This document shows, in pieces, positions 1-11,279 of a DNA stretch of 64,000 bases; the stretch's first letter is position 1, and every line of letters starts with the position of its first letter. The DNA lies in the NCBI GenBank assembly GCA_964016885.1, contig OZ024740.1:289850001-289914000 (forward strand). The letters run 5' to 3'. The stretch comes from Eledone cirrhosa. Taxonomy: Eukaryota. The notes under the pieces were generated by a model, which searched no databases, was not told the origin of the DNA, and was given only the letters and a program-made list of their open reading frames with translations. Made by a program: the position numbers and the translations under genes.

Positions 1-900
1 TTGGGTTATTATTGGTATTTTGGTTAGGTTTAAAATTTCTATTATTAATTCTATTAATATTTTGCGCTAAATTTTTGGTGGAAGAATAAGTTAATTTTAT
101 CGTATGTCTATTAAAAATTGAGTAATATCTATGTGTTCTAGGGAAGCATTTGTCAAGAGCTTTAAAAAATAGTTTAGCAATAGGGGTTTTAATATTTAAT
201 GAGAAAGGAGGAGCGAACCATAATATGTTCCTAGTTCTATTTCTTTTTCGGCTTTCGGAATTAATGTAAGGTTTTCTATTATAGTTGTTAAAATTGTTAC
301 CATAGTTAAAATTGTTACGAGTATGGTTAGTTGTTATATTATTATTATTATCGGTGTATTTCATTTTATTTCTATACCCAGCTCTACCTAACGCTTCGTT
401 TTAATAATGTGCTTTTTCATCAAATATATTCTTATTAGCTGAAATTCTCGAAATTCGTTCTTGTACAGAGTTCACTATAGTATTTTTAACGGATCTGGGG
501 TGATTAGAGTTAAAATTGACGTAATTTAAGTTCTCATTTAGTTTGTGAAATGGATAAAGAATACATGTGTTAAGATTTAGTGTTACATCTAGAAAATTAA
601 CTATTTTATGGTTATTCTCTATTTCTACTTTTAGATTAAGGTAATTAAAAAATTGTATAATTTGTTTTCTTTTTCTATTTAGTTCACAGTTATTATTTTC
701 TATAAGTAAAAGCATGTCGTCACGATATAAACCTCCGGTTATCTCAGGTATTTTTCTATGTAGAGAATTAATTATAAATAGGCCCACAAGATCCGTTACC
801 TGAGCGGAATCGGATAATCCCATAGTTATGTCGAAATTATTATTTCTATCTGCCCTAGTCCATAGTTGGTTATTAAATTCTAGCTGGTTATTAAATTCTA
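1..900 (-). pseudogene. 5'-truncated Penelope-like element RT/thumb fragment (runs off the left edge)
   Basis: Minus-strand translation reads EFNNQLWTRADRNNNFDITMGLSDSAQVTDLVG...GLYRDD...VNFLDVTLNL...YVNFNSNHP, then a premature TAA (401-403), then NEALGRAGY...ILWFAPPFS...KCFP. This is collinear with the 759-aa PLE ORF at 11280-13559. Confidence 0.9.
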
Positions 901-904
901 TTTA

Positions 905-948
905 ATTGTCTCTTTACTCTCTCTTTTCTCTCTCTTTTCTCTCTCTTT

Positions 949-985
<37 letters not shown>

Positions 986-1275
986 CTCTCTCCTTCTTTA
1001 TCTTTATATTTTTCTTTCTCTGTAACCCAACGGCTTATTTTAAAAATAAAAATATCCAATACTAATAATAATATAATTAAACAACTCCCCTATCCGGGAG
1101 CTTCCAACAGTAATGGTTGCATTTTGTAAGGGTATGTCAATATTTATTTATAAAACTGATCTATATTATATTTTGTCTGATGAAAGCACACCATAATTTA
1201 ACTTGGTGTCCTTGAAATATGTATAATGAAATAAATATGGTTTTATAAATATAGTTTCCATTTGTTAATATCGTA
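905..1275 (+). mobile_element. Inverted pseudo-LTR/3' end joined to the 5' truncation point of the PLE fragment
   Basis: A pyrimidine tract, then a hammerhead-containing segment ending in (TA)n, opposite in orientation to the adjacent RT fragment. About 1088-1275 is near-identical to the 8977-9312 palindrome family. Confidence 0.7.
1161..1240 (+). ncRNA. Type I minimal hammerhead ribozyme
   Basis: CTGATGA (1177), stem II AAGCACACCA...TGGTGTCCTT, GAAA, short stem III TATGTA-TA, and stem I TATATTATATTTTGT / ATGAAATAAATATGG. Confidence 0.7.
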
Positions 1276-1402
1276 TATATATATATATATTTATACCATT
1301 ATTTATATGTATATGTATATACACCTTATACGTATGTACGTGCGTGTGTGAATATATATATATATGTTATATGTGTATATATATATGTGTGTGTGTATAA
1401 AG

Positions 1403-1514
1403 ATCATATTTTTGTCCGTAGTTTTCTTTTGTTCGTTCTCTGTTAGTGCTAACCAGACTGTTGGTCAACACTACCAGAGAACGAACGAAAGAAAACTACG
1501 GACAAAAATATGAT
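1403..1514. repeat. Fold-back palindrome (~53-bp arms)
   Basis: ATCATATTTTTGTCCGTAGTTTTCTTTTGTTCGTTCTCTG...CAGAGAACGAACGAAAGAAAACTACGGACAAAAATATGAT, with few mismatches. Confidence 0.9.
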
Positions 1515-1609
1515 TTTTCCTCCCTAAATATGTATATAAAAACTAAAAAAATCCTTTCTCCATTTTATTATTATTCGTAGTAATATGCAAGTTAACTGCA
1601 CTATACACT

Positions 1610-1650
1610 TCCGTCGTTGAAAAAGCATATAAAGCTGAAACCGGTACACA
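1610..1650 (+). ncRNA. Hammerhead-like motif, U3-A8 core variant
   Basis: TTGAAAA-AGC ATATAAA GCT-GAAAC CG GTA; stem I is weak. Confidence 0.45.
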
Positions 1651-1800
1651 ATTTTAATGCGGAAATCCCTACTTAGTAAATAAATGTTTTGATGTTATAC
1701 TGAAAAAATCCCTCTAGCATTTTCTACTCTATTTTTTTCCTTTTTACTATTTGTTTATATATATCTGCTCGTGTGTCACTTCTCTACATTCATGTATATA

Positions 1801-2003
<203 letters not shown>

Positions 2004-2375
2004 ATGGAAATAAATGTCTATTAAATATAGCAAAAGTCTTTTCATCTATGGCTCACTTAGAATACTCGATAAATTTATACATCACAGAATTATGTGGAAC
2101 TCAATAATTAGTGTACAAGCAATAATTAAATGATTTTTTCGCCCCGACGATAAATTTGGAATACGGATAATACCAGGCTATATAAAACACATTTTTTCTA
2201 ATTTTGATTCTGTTGTGACTATGATATTTCCAATACATTATGAGATCCATTTACGAGAGAAAAATTGTCTAAGGGTATTTTGGTAATCTTTACTGCAACA
2301 AATCAAACTAAATCAGTATTCTAAAAAAATACACTGAAGAGTTGTTGACTCGTATCATTATCACTGTTTCAATTA

Positions 2376-2590
2376 AGGTTGGTCGATTAGTAACATCAGT
2401 AGAGTGACGGAGGCCATACTTTACGGCATAGAGTTACGTTCTTTTACGTTCTGAATTCAAATCCCGCTGAGGGTAGCTTTGCCTTTCGTCCTTACGGGGT
2501 CGATAAAATAAAGTACCAGTAACGCAATGGGGTCGATTTAATCAACTTTTCCTGCCTCCCAAATTGTTGGCTTTGTGCCTAAACAAAAGG
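2376..2590 (+). mobile_element. tRNA-derived SINE (octopus-type), diverged
   Basis: B-box-like GAATTCAAATCCC and body CTTTGCCTTTCGTCCTTACGGGGTCGATAAAATAAAGTACCAGT, shared with the copies at 18-22 kb. Confidence 0.8.
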
Positions 2591-2862
2591 ACATTGTCAC
2601 TGTTTCAATAAAATGTTAGTCATATTAATTCATATACTGCCTGACCGCAGAATTTGTATTCACAGCTAACACCAAACCCAATAAATTTGCAGTACTGCCA
2701 AATATTACAGAAGAGAGGTGATGGTTAGGATTATGGACATGGTATTTGCCTGGACTTCGATACCCTTGTATCATCTCTCTTTTTTTCTCTTTTACTCACA
2801 CACGCACTCCCCCTCTCTCTCTCTCTCACATTCACTCTCTCTCACACACACACATTCACACA

Positions 2863-2906
<44 letters not shown>

Positions 2907-3359
2907 GACCCCATTCCCACAAACAAACAAGCACGTAAACACATGTACACATTCAAACACACATTTACACACACTGATATACAAGCGTACATACGCACTA
3001 AACATATATAAGCAAGCACACACAAACACATGTTCCGTTGACTTGTGTTCCAGTTATTCGAACAAAAGAACAGTTGATTGTGAAATGAACGGGCAAATGA
3101 CTGAACCTTCCACAGACACGTGTACTCTTAAACTACTTCTCTATGTGGTTCAGCGTAAAGCAGTGTGTAAGAAAGGTGGTCCTATTAATTACAGGTACAA
3201 CCATTTTTACCAGCTTAGTGATTGACTGGAGCAATGTAAATGAAGTGTCTTGTTCAAGGACTCAACGTACCACGTGGAATCGAACCCAGCAGCTTATAAT
3301 CGTGAGTCGAACACCAGCTAACCACTACACCACTGTAAGCATACACATTGCACCCATAT

Positions 3360-3416
3360 ACAGACACATACACACTCACATAGGTGCATACACCTACATT
3401 CAGACATACACATAGC

Positions 3417-3447
<31 letters not shown>

Positions 3448-6023
3448 ATCCACATATCCACACACATACTAACTTACACATAGGAACAGACAAACATACG
3501 CACACATACTGACATGCAAATAGGCACACATCCACACACATACTGACATACACATAGGCACACACACACACACACACACACACACATCCACTCACATCCA
3601 CACATATACTGACACACACATACACAGCCTCACACACATACACACCCTCACACACATACACCCACCCACATACACTCCTTCACACACACATACACCCACA
3701 CACATACACACCCTCACACACATACATACACGCATACACTCCCTCACACACACATACACCCACCCACATACACACCCTCGCACACATACACACACACACA
3801 CACACACACGCATACACACCCTCACACACATACACCCACCCACATACACACCTTCACACACATACACACCCTCACACACATACACACACGCATACACTCC
3901 CTCACACACATACACCCACCCACATACACACCTTCACACACATACACACCCTCACACACATACACACACGCATACACTCCCTCACACACATACACCCACC
4001 CACATACACACCCTCGCACACATACACACACACACACACACGCATACACTCCCTCACACACATACACCCACCCACATATACACCTTCACACACATACACA
4101 CCCTCACACACATACACACACGCATACACTCCCTCACACACATACACCCACCCACATACACACCCTCACACACACACACACACGCATACACTCCCTCACA
4201 CACATACACCCACCCACATACACACCCTCGCACACATACACACACACACACGCATACACTCCCTCACACACATACACCCACCCACATACACACCCTCACA
4301 CACACACACACACACACGCATACACTCCCTCACACACATACACCCACCCACATACACACCCTCGCACACATACACACACACACACACACGCATACACTCC
4401 CTCACACACATACACCCACCCACATACACACCTTCACACACATACACACCCTCACACACATACACACACGCATACACTCCCTCACACACATACACCCACC
4501 CACATACACACCCTCACACACACACACACACACGCATACACACCCTCACACACATACACCCACCCACATACACACCTTCGCACACATACACACACACACA
4601 CACACATACACACAAGCATACACTCCCTCACACACATACACCCACCCACATACACACCCTCACACACATACACACACGCATACACTCCCTCACACACATA
4701 CACCCACCCACATACACACCCTCGCACACATACACACACATACACACACACACACGCATACACTCCCTCACACACATACACCCACCCACATACACACCCT
4801 CACACACATACACACACGCATACACTCCCTCACACACATACACCCACCCACATACACACCCTCACACACACACACACACGCATACACCCTCACACACATA
4901 CACCCACCCACATACACACCCTCGCACACATACACACACACACACGCATACACTCCCTCACACACATACACCCACCCACATACACACCTTCACACACATA
5001 CACACCCTCACACACATACACACCCTCACACACAATCACACATGCACACCCTCACACACATACACACAAGCATACACTCCCTCACACACATACACCCACC
5101 CATATACACACCTTCACACACATACACACCCTCACACACAATCACACATACACTCCCTCACACACATACACCCACACACATACACACCCTCGCACACATA
5201 CACACACACACCCACACACGCATACACTCCCTCACACACATACACCCACACATATACACACCCTCGCACACATACACACACACCCACACACGCATACACT
5301 CCCTCACATACATACACCCACCCACATACACACCCTCTCACACACACACACACGCATACACTCCCTCACACACATACACCCAACCACATACACACCCTCA
5401 CACACATACACACACGCATGCACTCCCTCACACACATACACCCACCCATATACACACCTTCACACACATACACACCCTCACACACATACACACACGCATA
5501 CACTCCCTCACACACATACACCCACCCACATACACACCCTCACACACATACACACACGCATACACTCCCTCACACACATACAGCCACCCACATACACACC
5601 CTCACACACATACACACCCTCACACACACACACACACACACACGCATACACTCCCTCACACACATACACCCACCCACATACACACCCTAACACACATACA
5701 CACACGCATACACTCCCTCACACACATACACCCACCCACATACACACCTTCACACACATACACACCCTCACACACAATCACACATACACACCCTCACACA
5801 CATACACCCACCCATATACACACCTTCACACACATACACACCCTCACACACATACACACCCTCACACACACACACACACACACGCATACACTCCCTCACA
5901 CCCATACACCCACCCACATACACACCTTCACACACATACACACCCTCACACACATACACACACGCATACACTCCCTCACACACACACACCCACCAACATA
6001 CACATCCTCACACACATACACAC

Positions 6024-6060
<37 letters not shown>

Positions 6061-6319
6061 TACACTCCCTCACACACATACACCCACACACATACACACC
6101 CTCACACACATACACACACACACACAGCAACGCATACACTCCCTCACACACATACACCCACACACATACACACCCTCACACACATACACACCCTCACACA
6201 CACACACAGCAACGCATACACTCCCTCACACACATACACCCACATACACACCCTCACACACATACACACCCTCACACACATACACACCCTCACACACACA
6301 CACAGCAACGCATACACTC

Positions 6320-6358
<39 letters not shown>

Positions 6359-7803
6359 TACACTCCCTCACACACATACACCCACACACATACACACCCT
6401 CACACACATACACACACACACACAGCAACGCATACACTCCCTCACACACATACACCCACACACATACACACCCTCACACACATACACACCCTCACACACA
6501 CACACAGCAACGCATACACTCCCTCACACACATACACCCACATACACACCCTCACACACATACACACCCTCACACACATACACCCACCCACATACACACC
6601 CTCACACACATACATTCCTCACACACATACACACACGCATACACTCCCTCACACACATACACACACACACATACACACCCTCACACACATACACGCACAC
6701 ACACAGCAACGCATACACTCCCTCACACACATACACCCACCCACATACACACCTTCACACACATACACACCCTCACACACATACACACACGCATACACTC
6801 CCTCACACACATACACCCACCCACATACATAACCTCACACACATACACACCCTCACACACACACACACACACGCATACACTCCCTCACACACATACACCC
6901 ACACACATACACACCCTCACACACATACACACACACACACAGCAACGCATACACTCCCTCACACACATACACCCACCCACATACACACCTTCACACACAT
7001 ACACACATACACACACGCATACACTCCCTCACGCACATACACCCACACACATACACACCCTCACACACATACACACACACACACAGCAACGCATACACTC
7101 CCTCACACACATACACCCACCCACATACACACCTTCACACACATACACACCCTCACACACATACACACACGCATACACTCCCTCACACACATACACCCAC
7201 CCACCCACATACACACCTTCACACACATACACACCCTCACACACATACACACACGCATACACTCCCTCACGCACATACACCCACCCACATACACACCCTC
7301 ACACACACACACACGCATACACTCCCTCACACACATACACCCACACACATACACACCCTCACACACATACACACACACACACACACAGCAACGCATACAC
7401 TCCCTCACCCACATACACCCACACACATGCACACCCTCACACACATACACACACACACACAGCAACGCATACACTCCCTCACACACATACACCCATCCAC
7501 AGACACACCCTCGCACACATACACACACACACACACTCACACACACACACACACACACACACACGCGCATACACACCCTCACACACATACACACACGCAT
7601 ACACTCCCTCACACACATACACCCACCCACATACACACCCTCGTACACATACACACACACGCATACACTCCCTCACACACATACACACACACACACACAT
7701 ACACACACGCATACACTCCCTCACACACATACACCCACCCACAACACACCCTCACACACATACACACCCTCACACACAATCACACATACACATCCTCACA
7801 CAC
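3360..7803. repeat. CA-derived minisatellite (~4.4 kb)
   Basis: Recurrent modules CGCATACACTCCCTCACACACATACACCCACCCACATACACACCCTCACACAC with variable (CA)n linkers. Confidence 0.95.
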
Positions 7804-8225
7804 AAGTTTGCGTTCGATATGGAACGAACCCATGCTCCAATAACTGCACTAAATACAGCCAACTCCTTACCATCTATTGCTACTCCCGAAGTTCAGGTTT
7901 CAATCCCTGCTGCTGCTGCTGCTTCTCCTTCTCATGCAAATATATTGATAAGATTTCCATTTCAGATAGAAATGGAAGAGGATATGTTCTGTATTGATTT
8001 TCCTAAAAACTACTCAAACCATACACATATAAAGCTGCTAGTGCTTTTTATGTTTTATTCATGGCAGCCGAGTCCATGTTCGAACATAAGCTTCTATAAA
8101 GATCAGATATCCACAGGCCAGCGAAGTTGTCTCTATGTGGCTGCTCAACCTGCTAGAATTAGTCGACCAAACTCTCTCAAACCAAACCTTAATGTCTGAA
8201 GTATAGATGGATACATTAGATAGCG

Positions 8226-8275
<50 letters not shown>

Positions 8276-8330
8276 GTGAGGTTTTTTTTACAAAATGAAA
8301 AATAACCGAGGTGTCCTACACGAGTGGAAG

Positions 8331-8624
8331 TATAAAGAAAAAAAAGGGATGAAATCGAAAATGCAACTGAAGTCTTATTTTTTTTAAAAATATATATATT
8401 TATTTGGTTCCTTTACCGGTTTCGCAGTTCTTCTGCTTTTCAAAAGTAGAGTTGAGATGGAGGGTCTGTGGTTTTTCTCACAGAGAAAAACCACAGACCC
8501 TCCATCTCAACTCACATTTTGAAAAGCAGAAGAACTGCGAAACCGGTAAAGGAACCAAATAAATATATATATTTTAAAAAAAAATAAGACTTCAGTTGCA
8601 TTTTCGATTTCATCCCTTTTTTTT

Positions 8625-8631
<7 letters not shown>
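8331..8631. repeat. Fold-back palindrome (~150-bp arms, 3-nt loop) between (TA)n tracts
   Basis: Centre GTTTTTCTC-ACA-GAGAAAAAC at 8481; the arms are near-perfect. Confidence 0.95.
8511..8556 (+). ncRNA. Hammerhead-like motif, U3-A8 variant (mirror copy at ~8408-8452, minus strand)
   Basis: TTGAAAA-GCAG AAGAA CTGC-GAAAC CG GTA-AAG, with a perfect 4-bp stem II. Confidence 0.55.
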
Positions 8632-8701
<70 letters not shown>

Positions 8702-8760
8702 GCGTAATGAGTTCTTTTACAATGAAAATAGCTCAAAGAAAGAAATATTTCTGAGCCGTG

Positions 8761-8922
8761 TAAAACATTTAAATATAAATTAATATATATGATGAAACAC
8801 AAATACCAACATATCTGCATTTATATTGTAAAAGAAATTTAGTTAGCTAACTAAATTTCTTTTACAATATAAATGCAGATATGTTGGTATTTGTGTTTCA
8901 TCATATATATTAATTTATATTT

Positions 8923-8932
<10 letters not shown>
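8761..8932. repeat. Perfect 172-bp palindrome with no loop
   Basis: Centre ...AAATTTAGTTAG|CTAACTAAATTT...; the right arm ends in (TA)n. Confidence 0.95.
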
Positions 8933-8982
<50 letters not shown>

Positions 8983-9013
8983 ATATTAACAAATGGAAAC
9001 TATATTTATAAAG

Positions 9014-9093
9014 CCATATTTAATTCATTATACATATTTCAAGGACACCAAAGCAAGTTATGGTGCGCTTTCATCAGATAAAATATAATATAG
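9014..9093 (-). ncRNA. Hammerhead ribozyme (left-arm copy)
   Basis: Near-exact reverse complement of 9196-9275 (TTTCAAGGACACCA...TGGTGCGCTTTCATCAG). Confidence 0.7.
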
Positions 9094-9195
9094 ATCAGTT
9101 TTATAAACAAATATTGACATACCCTAAAAAGAATGCGACCATGTCGGTTGGAAGCTCCCGGATAGGGTATGTCAATATTTGTTTATAAAACTGAT

Positions 9196-9275
9196 CTATA
9201 TTATATTTTATCTGATGAAAGCGCACCATAATTTGCTTTGGTGTCCTTGAAATATGTATAATGAAATAAATATGG
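9196..9275 (+). ncRNA. Hammerhead ribozyme (right-arm copy)
   Basis: CTGATGA (9212) AAGCGCACCA...TGGTGTCCTT GAAA TATGTATA, and stem I ATTTTAT / ATGAAAT. Confidence 0.7.
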
Positions 9276-9397
9276 CTTTATAAATATAGTTTCCATTTGT
9301 TAATATATTGTATTTTTACTCCAATAATTTGTTGAGTGCTTTATATCAGTTATAATAATATTTGCTTGTTGTATCCCAACAAATAAAATAGAACTTC

Positions 9398-9439
<42 letters not shown>

Positions 9440-9587
9440 GTATAAAAAACAATACAATATAATTACCTCATTACCAGAGGTTTCCCGAATAAGACAAATA
9501 GGAAAGAAACGTCTTCATTCTTCAATACTTATATATATATATATATATATATATTATTTACCAGACTAAAAAAAACTCTCACCTTAG

Positions 9588-9722
9588 TCCAGAAATAGCC
9601 GTCGAAACGGCTTGAGCTCTGCCGTCGGGGTCATACTTTCTCATATTATCCACTCTACTACCCTAAGTATTGAGTACTCTGGTGCGTTATGGTCCATCTG
9701 GTTCCTTACCTAATTTCCTTCG

Positions 9723-9725
<3 letters not shown>
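9588..9725 (+). mobile_element. Short (TA)n-anchored repeat, 'family B' copy 1
   Basis: AGCCGTCGAAACGGCTTGAGCTC...GAGTACTCTGGTGCGTTATGGTCCA...CCTTCGTTA(TA)n; six copies lie in this window. Confidence 0.8.
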
Positions 9726-9759
<34 letters not shown>

Positions 9760-9764
<5 letters not shown>

Positions 9765-10168
9765 GGAAAAAAATGAAATTTCATTTCTCACTGATAGTAC
9801 GGCTAATACTTAAATATAAGTATGTATACGTACATACATATATGTATACAGACATACAGTAGTATATATATATATACATACATACATACATTTATACATG
9901 CACACATATATGTATGTACGTATGGGTTTACCGAACATTTATTATAATGCTCGGTTTGTTTGTAAACAAATGTTCGGTAAACCCATACGTACATATATAT
10001 ATGTGTGCATGTATATATGTATGTATATATATATATATGCATGTATGTATGTATATATATATATATACTACTGTATGTCTGTATACATATATGTATGTAC
10101 GTATACATTCTTATATTTAAGTATCAGCCGTACTAAGAGTGACAAATGACATTTTTTTTTTTCCATTT
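9760..10168. repeat. Diverged fold-back palindrome (~185-bp arms)
   Basis: GTACGGCTAATACTTAAATATAAG...GGGTTTACCGAACATTT / AAATGTTCGGTAAACCC...CTTATATTTAAGTATCAGCCGTAC. Confidence 0.9.
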
Positions 10169-10199
10169 ATATTTATCTCTCTCTCTCTATATATATATA

Positions 10200-10384
10200 T
10201 AACGAAGGAAATGTGGTAAGGAACCAGGTGGACCATAACGCACCAAAGTACTCAATACTTAGGGTAGTAGAGTAGGTAATAGGAACGAGTAGGACCCCGA
10301 CGGCTGAGCTCAAGCCGTTTCGACGGCTAATTCTGAATTAGCCGTCGAAACGGCTTGAGCTCAGCCGTCGGGGTCCTACTCGTT

Positions 10385-10389
<5 letters not shown>
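10200..10389 (-). mobile_element. Family B copy 2, with a perfect fold-back at 10279-10389
   Basis: TAGGAACGAGTAGGACCCCGACGGC...CTAATTC T GAATTAG...GCCGTCGGGGTCCTACTCGTTCCTA(TA)n. Confidence 0.85.
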
Positions 10390-10430
<41 letters not shown>

Positions 10431-10434
<4 letters not shown>

Positions 10435-11052
10435 GTATAGGATTATCCAAGATGTAGTGATGGTTAATTACTACACTGGATATGGTTGACGTACGGTAAG
10501 AGGTTACTCTACGAGTTATGGAAGAATTGTTCAAGAAACTTAGTTCCTGATCCTTCAGTATTCCGGAGTGTATATAAAGAATGAATAATAACAGGTAGAC
10601 ATCATAAAAAGGTAGTTTATTCCGTGTGCTTACAAGTGTTTCCACGGTGGTGCTGCAGCCTAGTTCCGCTACGTGCAAATTCACAAGTATTTGCAGAACT
10701 CGAATATCCAATGCTGTGACCACTGTTTCCTCAGAGCAGAATGGTAAATATACAATGTAAAAACCCTTAAGTGGGGTTGTTGGGGAAGATAGAGTGGAAC
10801 AGGAAGAGAGAAAAAAGTAGGGAAGAAGGAGAGAGAAGGAAAGATATGCAGGGGTTGGAGAAGTAGGAGAGAGTGGCTCGTAGATATCTTAATCAAAATG
10901 TTATGGTAGCGGTTTTATTAGTTACTTTTGGAGAGATGCGTAGATAGTTGAGGTCGGAATTATTTATTGCCCCAGAGGGCAGGTTCATAAATGTTGAGAG
11001 GGAGGTAGGTCAAAGGTGAGAGAGAGAGAGTGTAATGGATGTAGAGAGAGAT
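10431..11052 (-). repeat. 3' pseudo-LTR
   Basis: Direct repeat of 13609-14241, near-identical. Confidence 0.93.
10627..10738 (-). ncRNA. Hammerhead ribozyme with an extended stem II
   Basis: Minus strand reads TGCT-CTGAGGA-[85 nt, closed by GTGGT/ACCAC]-GAAAC-ACTT-GTA-AGCA; stem I is TGCT/AGCA. Confidence 0.7.
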
Positions 11053-11279
11053 ATATAGGTAGAGAGGGGACAGATAAATATGTGTGGTGAGTGAACTTTT
11101 GGTTTTGTAGTAGTATTCTAGGAGTTGTACTGAGTTACCATGTATAGTGATAAGCAGTGTATTGTCTTGTAGTGTGGGGGGAAGAGAAGGTTGTTAGCTA
11201 GAAAGTGGTGTTGTAGTTACGGGTTCGAATGTTAAGTTATTTTATAGTGAGAGAATTTAGCTTTTAGTTTGTGGTTGCA

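Larger units (their letters stand above)
8977..9312. mobile_element. Fold-back of a PLE pseudo-LTR 3' end, with a hammerhead in each arm
   Basis: ~150-bp arms and a ~37-nt spacer; same sequence family as 1088-1275. Confidence 0.85.

Noticed and set aside
7819-8199. 126-aa ORF as a host exon
   Set aside because: It has no recognisable domain or ATG start, and the 3' part resembles dispersed repeat sequence.
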